IMG/VR virus record: IMGVR_UViG_3300044712_000810
Location: 62,001-126,000 of that record
Strand: one strand, 5' to 3'
DNA length: 64,000 nt
Shown: one piece after another, positions 10,127 to 21,530 of the stretch
Position numbering within the stretch: position 1 is the first letter of the stretch
Layout of the letters: each line of letters starts with the position of its first letter
Notes under the pieces: model-generated
What the model was told of the DNA's origin: nothing
Database searches by the model: none
Seen by the model: the letters and a program-made list of their open reading frames with translations, nothing else
Position numbers and translations under genes: made by a program

Positions 10127-10429
10127 TTAGCCAACAAATCCTTCCTTTTCAAGTTCATCAAGGATGGCATCAACGGCTACGTGATCAATGTTGTCGTCTG
10201 TGAGTTCTTCTTCTGTTGATTCTTCAACAACTTCGGAAGCTTCAATAGCTGGAAGATCAAATTCTTCTTCCATCAGTGCGTTAATTGTTCCATCAACTCC
10301 GCCGAATTGTTCAAACACGGCTTCCTTTCCCATTGTCTCTTCAAGATTTTCCAAGAAGAGGTTAACACCACGTTCAAAACCTGCGTCAACAGTGTTTTCA
10401 ACCAGTTGGATGAATTCTTTACGTAACAT
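10127..10429 (-). CDS. Small acidic hypothetical protein (possible scaffold/core)
   Basis: Glu/Asp-rich 100-aa ORF with GGAGGA RBS, directly upstream of the head genes. Confidence 0.65.
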   Translation of the reverse strand: MLRKEFIQLVENTVDAGFERGVNLFLENLEETMGKEAVFEQFGGVDGTINALMEEEFDLPAIEASEVVEESTEEELTDDNIDHVAVDAILDELEKEGFVG

Positions 10430-10574
10430 AGTTCATTTTCCTCCAAAATATTTTTTGTGGATGTGATATTTTCCCAAATTACAAACCGACTCCCGTACCA
10501 TTAATAGTATAGGATTTTCGGTCTTATCATATACGTCATATCGTTTTTAGTATAGAAACTAAAGGGTTTAAAAA

Positions 10575-10599
10575 TGTTCCCAGGGGTTTCCTGGGAACA
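10575..10599 (-). terminator. Rho-independent terminator after helicase
   Basis: TGTTCCCAGG-AAACC-CCTGGGAACA followed by TTTTT on minus strand. Confidence 0.8.
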
Positions 10600-10604
10600 C
10601 CCGA

Positions 10605-12404
10605 TTACACGTCAAATGACATATCATCACCAGCAAAAACATCAGTTACATCACTGAAACTCATTGCTGTAAGTGCGTCCAGTTCTTGTTCAAGCAATGC
10701 ACTCTTCTTTAAGATTGTAGGTGCATCTGCAAGATACTCACGAATATTATTATAAATCTTACAGTTGTCAGTGCAGAATAGTAGAAACTTTTGTGTGTCT
10801 TTACCAGTTTCTTTTGATTTAGTAATTTTAAGTTCAAATGGAATAAGAACTTTTCTATTAATAATGTCATCTTTAATTTTAAGTAATTCGGCACTAAGAC
10901 CATTAACTTCATCATAATCATTATGATCTAAAACGTTACGTCTAACTTGATCACTTAAGAAAGTTAAATCGTTACGCATACGACACATATAAACAAAGTC
11001 ACAATATCTGATTTTCTTATAACTGTCACCGATTTGTGAGTTATCTAATGAAATGCCAATGTTCTCACTTGTCTTAGCATTCTGTGATGCTGTGATTACA
11101 GGAATTTTAAAGTTTCTAGCAAGGTTACGTAATTCTTGAATAATAACACCTTGAGAATTATAGTCATCAAAGTTGGTATACTTAGACAATGTCGGAACTA
11201 ATGGATCAACATAGTCGATGAAAATTGCTTTAACTTTGAGTCCGTTAGTTTTAAGTAAATCAATCCAATGACCAATATCACCAGGTGAGAAGGTATTTTC
11301 ATTTTCGTGTCTTAAAATTAAATTGACTTTACCGTTTGTTACCTTTGCAACACTCGTTTGTAAAAGTCTATCAAATAAATTTTCAACAGTTGCGGCTGAA
11401 TACGCATCGTTATTCTTTGCTTGTTGGAATTCACGAGTACGGTTAAACAACTCACGACATAAGTTATAAGTATAGTCGCCAAATACTGAAATAAACTTAC
11501 GAACTAACTTATAGATATCGTCTTCTACTGTTAAATATAAAATCGCATCATCCTTATCAAACGTATCAATGTTATCACGAATAATGGTATGACAAAGATT
11601 TAAAAGTAAAGTTGATTTACCATTGTTTGATGGTGCTGTAATCATATGAATAGACGAAGATTCAAAACCACGAATACCAGTATCAAAAATCTCGAAACCA
11701 GTTTTGAAGAAACTATAATCGTCTTTTAAGTATGAAGAAATTGTTTTGGCCAAAGATCTACATGAATGTTTATCACTAATAGTAAACCAGTTACTTACAT
11801 TCTCTTTTTTATTTAAAGATTGTAATTTTGATAAATCGTTAAATTGATTAATAATATTTTCTTTATAAACTTTCATCGCTTCAAACAATGCGAGTTTACC
11901 ATCAGAAATCGACTCACACAATTCATCATTGAAAATAAGACCAGTCTTAATAGAACAAATCTCATAATATGCCTGAATTAATGATGCGATTTCATTTACA
12001 ACTTCTTTAAATTCAGTAACATTCTGAATTGGTTGTGTACATGCCAAATTTAAAAGATCTTTACTAGCAACAGATAATGTGTTTGATGCTACATACACAT
12101 TCACGTTTGAATAGTTAATAAGAGCTTTACTTTGACGAATGTTTAAAATCGTATTTGCTAAATTACAATAGTTGACAATGTTCTTTTCATTTTCAAGTTT
12201 ATACTTTCTACATACGTTGGCAAGATCCTTTAAAAATTCTTGAACATAAGAAATAAAATCCTGTTGATTATTAGTCAACACACCAAAGTTAGAAGGATAT
12301 AAACTTACTCGAATAAGATTAATAAAGAAGTCATTTGAAGCATGATACTTAATGAACGCTGTAAATAATGATTTATTCGTTTGTTTATTCGAAATCGTCA
12401 TCAT
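10605..12404 (-). CDS. Replicative DnaB-like helicase (T4 gp41-like)
   Basis: Walker A APSNNGKS, IFIDYVD, ELRNLARNFKIPVITASQ. ATG at 12404 follows a GGAGGGG RBS (track start 12422). Confidence 0.9.
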   Translation of the reverse strand: MMTISNKQTNKSLFTAFIKYHASNDFFINLIRVSLYPSNFGVLTNNQQDFISYVQEFLKDLANVCRKYKLENEKNIVNYCNLANTILNIRQSKALINYSNVNVYVASNTLSVASKDLLNLACTQPIQNVTEFKEVVNEIASLIQAYYEICSIKTGLIFNDELCESISDGKLALFEAMKVYKENIINQFNDLSKLQSLNKKENVSNWFTISDKHSCRSLAKTISSYLKDDYSFFKTGFEIFDTGIRGFESSSIHMITAPSNNGKSTLLLNLCHTIIRDNIDTFDKDDAILYLTVEDDIYKLVRKFISVFGDYTYNLCRELFNRTREFQQAKNNDAYSAATVENLFDRLLQTSVAKVTNGKVNLILRHENENTFSPGDIGHWIDLLKTNGLKVKAIFIDYVDPLVPTLSKYTNFDDYNSQGVIIQELRNLARNFKIPVITASQNAKTSENIGISLDNSQIGDSYKKIRYCDFVYMCRMRNDLTFLSDQVRRNVLDHNDYDEVNGLSAELLKIKDDIINRKVLIPFELKITKSKETGKDTQKFLLFCTDNCKIYNNIREYLADAPTILKKSALLEQELDALTAMSFSDVTDVFAGDDMSFDV

Positions 12405-12459
12405 TCGTTCCCCCTCCCACAAGGGCTAGATGTTTAAACTGTTTCATGGACACGGGTAT

Positions 12460-12474
12460 TATTTTTATATGAAA
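12460..12474 (-). promoter_or_regulatory. 15-bp motif variant TTTCATATAAAAATA upstream of helicase
   Basis: One mismatch to consensus; shares the upstream flank CTAG with the 40198 copy. Confidence 0.65.
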
Positions 12475-12480
12475 CTAGAA

Positions 12481-14205
12481 TCACGCCATGAAAACTTGCA
12501 TAATTTTATAACCGGTTTCCCTTGTCAAAGTCGAGTTCATTAAATTTTCCACAAATCTGTAAATATTCATGCTATTTGCGGATATCAAATTCGTCGCGGT
12601 AATCTCCATAGTCCTAGTCTTGAATTGCGGTGGACTTGAAGTGTCTAACACATGAGTTAACGCATCATTAATATTTGAGTATGATTGTGTTAATATTGTT
12701 TCTTCTAATAATGATTTACGCATCAACGCTTTAAAATAACAATATATAAATGGTTCATAATCAAACCAACTGAAATTAAAATTAGCATGTCCATTATCAC
12801 GTAGTACTCTAAAGATTTTTTCAAGTATGTTTTGAACATATTTTTTAAAATCTGCTGTTGCAAAAAATTCATCAAACATTTTAGAGAAATGATAAGAAAA
12901 TGCAAACTTTTGAGGTTTGTAGTGATTTATGATTGATTTAATAAAAACTATATTAATAACTTCATCTAACCATGACTTTAAATACTCATGATTCATATTT
13001 CTATCAAATGCTGTTTGGAGAATAGAAATTAACTCATAATATGGAATCATACTTTCAGATTCTGGTTTAACATAATCGTCAATATATGCTCTCATAGTTG
13101 GCAAGATAACATTTATAAACTTTTCTGGATGTTCTTTATATTGATATAAAACATCCATATAATCACGTAAATAAATCTCACTAGAAGCTTTATCATTAAA
13201 ATTATAATATGCGGTATCTTCATAATAAATCAAATCAGTCATTGGATTGTTTTCATAATTTAAATATGGAAAAAGTTGAGGATCTTGACTCAAAGGATAT
13301 TGCTTATTTGGAAATTTAGATCCGATTAAATGACATGCAATAATATTGTAAATAGATTCATCTAATATTCTAGATATCTCAAAAATAGATTTAGAACTTC
13401 TGCGAGTAATATATTTATTAAATACATTTTTTAATTCAGCAACATCATCATTAATCATTGGAGCTAATGAATCCTTAAAAGATGCTGAACTTCCACTAAA
13501 TTTATATAAACATTTAACAACTATTCTAAATAAATCGCGAGACATTGTATTTAAATTCGAATCAATAAAATTATTAAAATCATTTGATATAACATCACTC
13601 GATAATGCTTTGGTTGAATCAAGATAACGAACCATAGGAATTGCTATTTGAACTCCAGATGATGCTACAAGTTTAAAGAAGGTATGTAGAAAATATAAAT
13701 AAATGCCACTTGTAGTTTTTATATTATTAGCTTCAAATCCATATTCTGTAAATATATCTTGAAAGAAATTACGTAAATTCTTTTCATATCTAAAAGAATA
13801 AAATGACGATATATAACCAAATACTTCTTCGGTTGTATTTAATGAAGTAAATTGAAAGTTCGAGTCGTTTGTAATATGTGATATTTTTAATGGAATTCTA
13901 TCTAATTTAGTTTTAAGTACTTTAGCACCTTCAGTATTAATTTCAGGAATTAAATATGACGGTACATCCGGTGTAATTCCATAAATTTTAAGAAAATTGA
14001 ACTTTCCTTTACTATCAACTATCATCATATTGTTTTGATATTTTGGATATTCTGATAATGACTTAAAAATAGCATCATCAAAAAACTTCTCATTAACCAA
14101 CATATCATAACAACCATCAAATATAATTTTTAATGAATTTAATTTAGTGGCAAAATTAAAATGCGTTTGTAAATAACGTGAATAGTTTGCTGCTAGTACA
14201 CTCAT
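12481..14205 (-). CDS. Hypothetical protein
   Basis: 574-aa ORF; no motif recognised. Confidence 0.7.
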   Translation of the reverse strand: MSVLAANYSRYLQTHFNFATKLNSLKIIFDGCYDMLVNEKFFDDAIFKSLSEYPKYQNNMMIVDSKGKFNFLKIYGITPDVPSYLIPEINTEGAKVLKTKLDRIPLKISHITNDSNFQFTSLNTTEEVFGYISSFYSFRYEKNLRNFFQDIFTEYGFEANNIKTTSGIYLYFLHTFFKLVASSGVQIAIPMVRYLDSTKALSSDVISNDFNNFIDSNLNTMSRDLFRIVVKCLYKFSGSSASFKDSLAPMINDDVAELKNVFNKYITRRSSKSIFEISRILDESIYNIIACHLIGSKFPNKQYPLSQDPQLFPYLNYENNPMTDLIYYEDTAYYNFNDKASSEIYLRDYMDVLYQYKEHPEKFINVILPTMRAYIDDYVKPESESMIPYYELISILQTAFDRNMNHEYLKSWLDEVINIVFIKSIINHYKPQKFAFSYHFSKMFDEFFATADFKKYVQNILEKIFRVLRDNGHANFNFSWFDYEPFIYCYFKALMRKSLLEETILTQSYSNINDALTHVLDTSSPPQFKTRTMEITATNLISANSMNIYRFVENLMNSTLTRETGYKIMQVFMA

Positions 14206-14214
14206 GTATTACTC

Positions 14215-15933
14215 CTATGCTAATGGAACACTACCATCAGTTAACATTGGTGATGGCCCAATATCTTTTGATGCTACACTTGTTGAACTTGTTGATGGAG
14301 TATCCGGAACTGAATTCTCTAAAGGATTTGGTGCTGTTGGCTGTTTAGTTCCGGCAACTTCTGATGAATTTTGTGTTGTATTCGGTTTAGATTCAGATGG
14401 CTTATTATCATTACCTTCTGCTAATTTTTTCTCCACATTAAATGTATTTTTTGCTGCATCTGCAATAGCACCAGAAGCTGAATCAGCTTCAGCTCTAGGT
14501 CTATTGGCCGGCGTTATTGGATTATTAGTTGGAGATTCAATAGGTTGTAATGATGCTTCTGGTGAATCATCATATGGCATCATTGAACGAACAATATCAC
14601 CAAGAGTTGGCATAACAATAGTAACAGGCGAAGGAGGTTGTTTAGATCCTTGAACTGATACTGAGTTGTAAATATTTTTATCATATGCCATTTTATTATT
14701 ATCTGGATTAACAACAGAAAATCCATCAACTATATTTTGAAAATCAATAGAAACATCAACTGTAAGTGGTTGACGATATATATTGAAACTAGTATCTGAT
14801 CCACCACGACGAAGTGTAATTGATGTAATTGCGCCGATATTTATATGATTAAGACCATGTGCCCGAATACTTACAAATGGTGGGTTTCCATATGTTATGC
14901 CATCGGTTGTTTCTGGAGCAGCTAATAATATTAAATACATTAATGGTCTAATAATTGCTTGTTGAATAGCATCAGGATGACCATATGGTGAAAATAATTT
15001 TAAGTTAACACTTATGTTTGGTGAATATGCAGATGAACTCCAAACTTTAGGAAAACTTATTTGGGTTCCATTAATAGCCATATTACCAATAATTTTTGTA
15101 GCATGTTCTGCTATATCACCGATTCTAGCATTTGTTCCTTCTGAAAATCCAGTAACCGGCGAAATTAAACCAGCACCAGCTCTTGCACCTTGTCCTACTT
15201 TTGTAGATGCATAATTAACAGCATCCACACCAAGTTGTTGGCCTTGTTGACCAAACGATTTAAGAATATCACGAATACTACGCGATCCTTGTAACATTCT
15301 ATTAATTGCACCTTCAACTAAGTTAGTCTCATACGAGTTAACAATGTTATCAGATGCAGTAGTTTCATCAGTTGCAAATAATTTAAGACCATAATAATCT
15401 GATTTAGGCAATCCATAATGCGCACATTTCTTTTTAAAATTATCAATAGCAACTTTATATTGAATCTTTGGTAAAAAACCTTCAACACCAGCACCTGCTA
15501 ATTTTCCAGAATTAGCCATATCAAATATATCAAAAGTAAATGCACAAGGAATCATATCAATAACAGTCATCTTCTTTGTATAATAATCCGATAACCAATT
15601 ATTAGGATCTACTTGCGGACGATATCTCATTGGCATACCAATACGTACTAATCCACCACCATAACTATTAGAAGCAGAATCACGAGTACTTACAGAGTTT
15701 ATAACTTTAGATCCTGCATTAGTATTCATCGCAACTTGTTGTCCTGGACTACCGGATACAAGTGAACTTTGTCCTGTATTTTCAGCAACTTGTTTAATGT
15801 TATTATCATTATTATAATTTAATTGTTGATTTGATTGTTTTAAAGATCTTAAATCATTTGTATATTGTCGTTTTTCTGTTGATGATAATTCATTAAGTGA
15901 AGTTCCACCTTTGACTTCATCAAATGGTGCCAT
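14215..15933 (-). CDS. Baseplate/tail-tube junction protein (gp48/gp54-like)
   Basis: PKVWSSSAYSPNISVNLKL, PPFVSIR..IGAITSITL, PLTVDVSIDF resemble tube-initiator folds; follows the tape measure gene. Confidence 0.5.
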   Translation of the reverse strand: MAPFDEVKGGTSLNELSSTEKRQYTNDLRSLKQSNQQLNYNNDNNIKQVAENTGQSSLVSGSPGQQVAMNTNAGSKVINSVSTRDSASNSYGGGLVRIGMPMRYRPQVDPNNWLSDYYTKKMTVIDMIPCAFTFDIFDMANSGKLAGAGVEGFLPKIQYKVAIDNFKKKCAHYGLPKSDYYGLKLFATDETTASDNIVNSYETNLVEGAINRMLQGSRSIRDILKSFGQQGQQLGVDAVNYASTKVGQGARAGAGLISPVTGFSEGTNARIGDIAEHATKIIGNMAINGTQISFPKVWSSSAYSPNISVNLKLFSPYGHPDAIQQAIIRPLMYLILLAAPETTDGITYGNPPFVSIRAHGLNHINIGAITSITLRRGGSDTSFNIYRQPLTVDVSIDFQNIVDGFSVVNPDNNKMAYDKNIYNSVSVQGSKQPPSPVTIVMPTLGDIVRSMMPYDDSPEASLQPIESPTNNPITPANRPRAEADSASGAIADAAKNTFNVEKKLAEGNDNKPSESKPNTTQNSSEVAGTKQPTAPNPLENSVPDTPSTSSTSVASKDIGPSPMLTDGSVPLA

Positions 15934-15947
15934 ATTATACTCCTAAA

Positions 15948-15969
15948 AGAGGGGGATTTCTCCCCCTCT
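15948..15969 (-). terminator. Terminator after tape measure gene
   Basis: AGAGGGGGA-GAAA-TCCCCCTCT then TTTT. Confidence 0.75.
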
Positions 15970-15973
15970 ATCT

Positions 15974-18900
15974 TTATACTAAACTGTGTATTGCATAATT
16001 AGTAGAATCATTTCTAAAACTATTTGAATTTGCTGAGAATAATTTATCAACAATATCTGTAATACTACCAGCGCCACTGTCTTTAATTGATTGTTGTTTA
16101 CTACTTCCAGTCTTATTCGCCGCAGCACCAGCTGCAACAACTTGTGTCATTGAAGACATCATGCCTTGCATACCAGAAGCCATCGACGACATTAACTGTC
16201 CAAGATTACCCATTTGTATTTTATTATTTGAAGTGTCAGCAATAATTGTATTTGGATCGAATCTAACTCTTGCATTCATTGATGACTGTGGATCAACTGG
16301 AATATTTCGCATATTTGTATTAATATCACTAATCATAGCATTGCGATATACTGCTGCGCGTTGTGCTGCTTCTTGTGCTTTTTGTAATACTTCAGATTTT
16401 AGATTGGCAAATGCATCACCAACTTTTTCTGGAGAATCTGACATATTATCAGCCATTTCTTGTTGTGCTGTAGTTGGTGTATTTTGTGCGACTGCACTTG
16501 AAGCGTTCATTGGTTTTAAATATTGTGCATATGCTGTACCTGGTTTTGTTCCTGATTCTCCCGCAGATTGGAACTGCTTTATACCTGCGAAATCAATACC
16601 AACAGGTTGAATATGCCACGGTTCATGTTTCATTGGTCTATATAAGCCATACTTTGCAAATAATCCGGCTTTATCCATTGCATCAGCAGCTTTAGGATCA
16701 ATATCCATTGCTAAACCAAAACCATGCATTGATGTACCAGGTGTGGCCGCGAGATTTGGTTTTTCTTGTTTTAATCTTTGTTGGACAGCTAAACTTCTCC
16801 ACCCATCTGTTACTTTAACTTGTTGACCAAATTCCTGTTGTGCTGCATTAAATCTTGCTAAGAAATCAGGGTTAACACCACCAAGGGCAGAACCACCAAT
16901 ACCAGCAACGTTTGCAGTATTACCAGATAAATTATTCATTGCGGCTGATGCTAATTGAGATCCACCTGCCATCTTATCACTTGCCCAACTAACTAATTGA
17001 TCTGCATTTTTACCAGCAAATATCTCTTTATTTGAACCAGCAGCTTTTGGTAAAATATCTGCTGCCAATTGACCAGTACCTTGTGCGGCGAGCATTTTCT
17101 TAGCACCTTCAGCACCAAGAAAGTGTGCGAGATATAATTTACCAGGATCCATCGATCCTATGGCTTTTGAGTTATCAAGCGTAAGTGCAGCAGCCATATA
17201 TGCTTGAGCACGAGGATCAAGAATATCTCCATCTTTTACATTATATTTAGATCCATATTTTTGTACTACACCTTTCCATGTTTCTTCTGTAAACTGGAAT
17301 AAACCTGTAGCAGAAGATGTTTTTGCTTTCGCTTTTGGATCTAAACCGCTTTCTTTTGTCGCAACAGATAATAAGTATTCAAATGGAACACCAGTTTCAT
17401 CACTAGCTTGTTTAATTGCAAGTAAAACATCTTGTGGTGCACTTGAAGCTCTACCAACATCTGTTTCATTTTGCTTAGTTTGTCTTTGTTGCATCTTATT
17501 TGCATTTGCTAAAGTGTCACTAGCAAATGCTGTATTCATATATCCAGCTTTATCGAATGTATTTGCTGCAATATTTTGTCTAGCAGTTTGCACTCGTTGT
17601 GCACGATCAGATTTAATTTGATCTTTGTATCCAGCCGTATCAAATTTATCACCAGCAGATTTGATTTCACTCTTTTCAGATCCGCCAACCATCCATTTCA
17701 AACTATCTGGAATTTGATCAAGTATCCAATTTCTTAATCTTGCACCCATATTACTAAAATCGAAACTCATAAAGAGATCAACTATACTACCAATTAATCC
17801 ACCAGCCAATGGAGATAAAAATGGTATTCCATTTTTTGCACCTGCATTAGAAAGTTTCAATGCATATTCTCCATCGAATAAATCAACAATAGGATCTTGC
17901 CATTCTTCAGTTTTAGCTTTAATTATCGTTGCCCAATTTGGCAAATCTGTAAATAACCATGCAATTCCATCAATGAGACTACCAATAGTTCCACCAACAA
18001 GAGGACCAAGGACTGGAATGGCATTAAAACCATGCGCCATCTTTGTTCCCCATTCACCAGGGAATATATCTACTATATTTTTAAGTGACCATGTTTTTAA
18101 TTGGTCATATGTGTCTTCAATTTTGTTTGCGCCAAAATAACCAATTAAACCACCAATAGCACCACCAACTAATAAACCGGCGATGTTACCGATGCCTGGT
18201 ACAACAGATCCTATTGCCCAACCCATTAATGCATATTTACCAAAACCTTTTAATCCAGACATTAATCCACCTTCATCGTTTCCGAGAAAGAATTTCTTTA
18301 ATGCTCCAGATATACCATCTTCTTTATATCCTGATATTAAATCATATATACCAGCAACAGCTCCACCAATAAGAATTCCACCAATACCAGCCATAAGACC
18401 AGCAGATCCTGCTGCAGATCCAAACATGGCACCAAGAGTAGGACCAAGGGCAGATGATAATGCTCCACCAATCTTAGATGTAATACCAGAAAATAATTCA
18501 CCAATTTTACCAATACCAGAAAATAAGAAATCAAGTATACCACCATCTTTACCAGTGCCAATTTTTGGTGTACGTTTTAAAATTTCTGCAATATTTTTAG
18601 ATATAGTTGGTAATTCTTTAGTATTTGCATCAATATCTTGTTGTGTTTTTTCTTGTTCTTTTTCTTTTTGACTTTGGCGAGTTTCACTTAATTCTTTAAT
18701 TGTTGAATGGACCTTATCATTTGGAACTACAGTTCCAGGTGTTTTTGGTACTATTACTTCCGGACCTTTTTCACCTACAAGATATGCTCGATCTGTTTTA
18801 ACAGGACCACCCTTTGCTGCTGCTTGTCCTGATCTATTTCTAAAAATATCATAAACATTATTAATACCTGTAACAACTTCTTGTACTCCAGAAGCTGTTA

Positions 18901-21403
18901 ATTCTGTAGATTCGGCAACCGTTGGATTTCTAGACTGCGGATTTGGTCCACGTTCAAGATTTTGTTTTGTCTCTTTTATCCAATATGCGACACTTTGAGT
19001 GTCAGCATATAATGCATCTAAAATTTGTTCTAATAATTGAATATCAGGACCACCAGAAATACCACTTGTTTGTATACGATGAAAATCAGTATTCTCATCG
19101 TATAATGATCCTCTTGGTGTATTATTAATCATACTAAAATTACCAAGTTGATCTTCTAAATTGCTAGACACATTATTTCTATATTTATCTAAAACTTTTT
19201 GTTTTTTCTTACCAGCAAATCCTTGAAGTAAATCACCAGCCTGTCCACCAAGTTCTGAACCTTTAATAATACCAGATGCCGCTAATAATGCAGCAATTAT
19301 ACCACCAACGGGTCCACCTAATGCTAGTCCAGCGCCAACTAATGCACCGCCACCAACACCACCAGTAAGACCACCAAATAATTGCCCGTATTCTTTAATA
19401 TTAACAGATTTAGACAATTTACCAAACATGGATTTATCATATTGCGATTCAATAAATTTTGATTTAATATCATCTAATTCTTGTTGTTTTTCATCTGTAT
19501 TTTTGAATCCACCACTTTCAAAATCCCATGCTCGATCATCTTTATAAAATTGGCGTCTATCAACTTTACCAGTACCAGCCAATTTCGATATATCTTCTTG
19601 AATCGCTTCTAAGAATTCTAATTGATGTTCTAATAATTCATTTGATTTCTTAACATAATTAGGCCATTCATTACCGGCAAACATATAGAATTTTTCTTGA
19701 TCGTTGCGTTCATACTGTTTCTTAAACTTATCAAATTCTTCAGTATCAGTATGACCCATTCCAAAACCAAGAAAATTCTTAACACCGTGATATGCGCCTT
19801 TTACTTTTCTTCCAGCACCTGTAATAGCATCACCTAAGTGAACTAATGCAGCAAGTCCTGGAACTTGAAGTGCCATATCATGAAAAAACCCACCAGGTGT
19901 TTTTGGTTTACTTTTTGATATCCATAAATTAGATGCTGCGCCAGAATGTACTCTTGCGTTTGTTGATTCTTTTGCTGTAATTTGTGTTGTACCAAAAATA
20001 CCTTGTAAATACATTATTACTTTTTCTTCCCATGATTGGCCGATTCGCCCAAGATCTGATGGCTTCATTGTAAGTAATCTGTATTCACCAAGAGTTAATC
20101 CAAGTAATGCTGAGTTTGTTTCTTCATCTTTCGAGAATGATTTAGAACCACCATATGCAAGTTTTAAATCATCCAACATGCCTTTAGGTGTTTGGCCAGT
20201 AGCAATAAAATTGAATAATTGACCAAATATATCATATTTTGCTAATGTTTTAGAAATACCATATTCAAATTTATCAAGACCACGTGAAAAGATTCCTTGT
20301 TGTCCAGGACCATCTAATCTTTTATCAAGAGTTGATGTTGATCCTTCGACTTGTTTTTCTTTCTCTTCGCGTACATATTCCATTTCAGAATAAATTGCAG
20401 GAAGAACACTAAGATAATCAATTTGAATCTTCATCATCTGTAATTTTAAATATTCTACAGAATTAAGACCCGGTTGACGTTGTGCAGCCATTTGTGATAT
20501 ATATGTAGTTAAGTTTCTTCCAGGTGAATGTTCATCAATAATTTTGTCAGATGATTTTCTTTGTGCTGTAATCTTTGAAAGTCTTGCAGATTTTGCCATT
20601 GATAAAGCTATCTGTGTTCCAATCAATGCTACCATCGGTCCAATAGTACCGGCACCAGCAATGGCAGATCCAACACCTTTCATACCCATCATGTTTGCTG
20701 CACCTGCAGCACCAGTAGCCATGCCTTTGTACATCATCATAGATGGGTTTACTGCGGAAAAAGCAGAACCAAGTGGAGCACCAGCCATCATACTTGCTGC
20801 GATTGGTAAACCATGAGTTATTTTACTTACTCTCATAGTATTATCAATAACGCGTGAAGCTTTTCCAACTCCACCTAAATGTTCTGAATATTGTCTCTCT
20901 TTAGCCATGCGTTTCATTTGGTTTACGTTACGAATACCGCGCATAGAACCATAAAGAGCACCAATACCAGGTGTAATAAAATCCATTGCATCAAGACCAG
21001 GTTTAGATGCAGCTTTAGCTGAAGAAAGTGCTGTGTCTAATTGTGCTTTAATTTGATCATTTGCAACATCTTTTGCAGCATCTTTAGTTCCTGGCTTTGT
21101 AATAGATCCACCAATAAATTTACGAACACTGGCAACATGTTTAGCAGCAGTATCTGGAGATAATCCAATTCCACGAAGAGCTTTGGCTAAACCAACATCG
21201 CTGATTTGTCCGCGAATATACATACTAGTTAAAGTTTCAGCAGTAACTAAAGGTAAATTTTGTGAAGCTTTATATGTATTAGAATTTTTAAACTGTTGAT
21301 GTTGATATGCAAAATAATCATTTGGTCCGCCACCTGATACTGACGGATTGCGCATTGCTTCTTGCGCTCTCATTTGTGCTTCTAAAAGTTTTGGATTCAT
21401 CAT
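15974..21403 (-). CDS. Tape measure protein with lytic transglycosylase and M15 (VanY-like) peptidase domains
   Basis: 1809 aa, Gly/Ala-rich; GGPV..AYLVGEKGPEVIVP motif; SLT motif ATKESGLDP..SSATGLFQF; M15 motif TDGWRS..PGTSMHGFGLAMDI..EPWH. Confidence 0.85.
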   Translation of the reverse strand: MMNPKLLEAQMRAQEAMRNPSVSGGGPNDYFAYQHQQFKNSNTYKASQNLPLVTAETLTSMYIRGQISDVGLAKALRGIGLSPDTAAKHVASVRKFIGGSITKPGTKDAAKDVANDQIKAQLDTALSSAKAASKPGLDAMDFITPGIGALYGSMRGIRNVNQMKRMAKERQYSEHLGGVGKASRVIDNTMRVSKITHGLPIAASMMAGAPLGSAFSAVNPSMMMYKGMATGAAGAANMMGMKGVGSAIAGAGTIGPMVALIGTQIALSMAKSARLSKITAQRKSSDKIIDEHSPGRNLTTYISQMAAQRQPGLNSVEYLKLQMMKIQIDYLSVLPAIYSEMEYVREEKEKQVEGSTSTLDKRLDGPGQQGIFSRGLDKFEYGISKTLAKYDIFGQLFNFIATGQTPKGMLDDLKLAYGGSKSFSKDEETNSALLGLTLGEYRLLTMKPSDLGRIGQSWEEKVIMYLQGIFGTTQITAKESTNARVHSGAASNLWISKSKPKTPGGFFHDMALQVPGLAALVHLGDAITGAGRKVKGAYHGVKNFLGFGMGHTDTEEFDKFKKQYERNDQEKFYMFAGNEWPNYVKKSNELLEHQLEFLEAIQEDISKLAGTGKVDRRQFYKDDRAWDFESGGFKNTDEKQQELDDIKSKFIESQYDKSMFGKLSKSVNIKEYGQLFGGLTGGVGGGALVGAGLALGGPVGGIIAALLAASGIIKGSELGGQAGDLLQGFAGKKKQKVLDKYRNNVSSNLEDQLGNFSMINNTPRGSLYDENTDFHRIQTSGISGGPDIQLLEQILDALYADTQSVAYWIKETKQNLERGPNPQSRNPTVAESTELTASGVQEVVTGINNVYDIFRNRSGQAAAKGGPVKTDRAYLVGEKGPEVIVPKTPGTVVPNDKVHSTIKELSETRQSQKEKEQEKTQQDIDANTKELPTISKNIAEILKRTPKIGTGKDGGILDFLFSGIGKIGELFSGITSKIGGALSSALGPTLGAMFGSAAGSAGLMAGIGGILIGGAVAGIYDLISGYKEDGISGALKKFFLGNDEGGLMSGLKGFGKYALMGWAIGSVVPGIGNIAGLLVGGAIGGLIGYFGANKIEDTYDQLKTWSLKNIVDIFPGEWGTKMAHGFNAIPVLGPLVGGTIGSLIDGIAWLFTDLPNWATIIKAKTEEWQDPIVDLFDGEYALKLSNAGAKNGIPFLSPLAGGLIGSIVDLFMSFDFSNMGARLRNWILDQIPDSLKWMVGGSEKSEIKSAGDKFDTAGYKDQIKSDRAQRVQTARQNIAANTFDKAGYMNTAFASDTLANANKMQQRQTKQNETDVGRASSAPQDVLLAIKQASDETGVPFEYLLSVATKESGLDPKAKAKTSSATGLFQFTEETWKGVVQKYGSKYNVKDGDILDPRAQAYMAAALTLDNSKAIGSMDPGKLYLAHFLGAEGAKKMLAAQGTGQLAADILPKAAGSNKEIFAGKNADQLVSWASDKMAGGSQLASAAMNNLSGNTANVAGIGGSALGGVNPDFLARFNAAQQEFGQQVKVTDGWRSLAVQQRLKQEKPNLAATPGTSMHGFGLAMDIDPKAADAMDKAGLFAKYGLYRPMKHEPWHIQPVGIDFAGIKQFQSAGESGTKPGTAYAQYLKPMNASSAVAQNTPTTAQQEMADNMSDSPEKVGDAFANLKSEVLQKAQEAAQRAAVYRNAMISDINTNMRNIPVDPQSSMNARVRFDPNTIIADTSNNKIQMGNLGQLMSSMASGMQGMMSSMTQVVAAGAAANKTGSSKQQSIKDSGAGSITDIVDKLFSANSNSFRNDSTNYAIHSLV

Positions 21404-21439
21404 TGACTCCAGTCTCTAAAATAATTTAATATTCATTTT

Positions 21440-21454
21440 TTTCATATAGAAATA
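21440..21454 (+). promoter_or_regulatory. Conserved 15-bp motif TTTCATATAGAAATA
   Basis: Exact copy; also exact at 45893-45907 (+) and 40198-40212 (-). Confidence 0.7.
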
Positions 21455-21530
21455 TATAATTAGTAAGTAAGGATTTACATGAATTAGCAACTTAACCCTG
21501 CGATCAAGCAGGTCAAGGAGGCAAAACACC

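Noticed and set aside
10546-10562. TAGTATAGAAACTA, a partial match to the 15-bp motif
   Set aside because: Four mismatches and ambiguous orientation; not counted as a copy.
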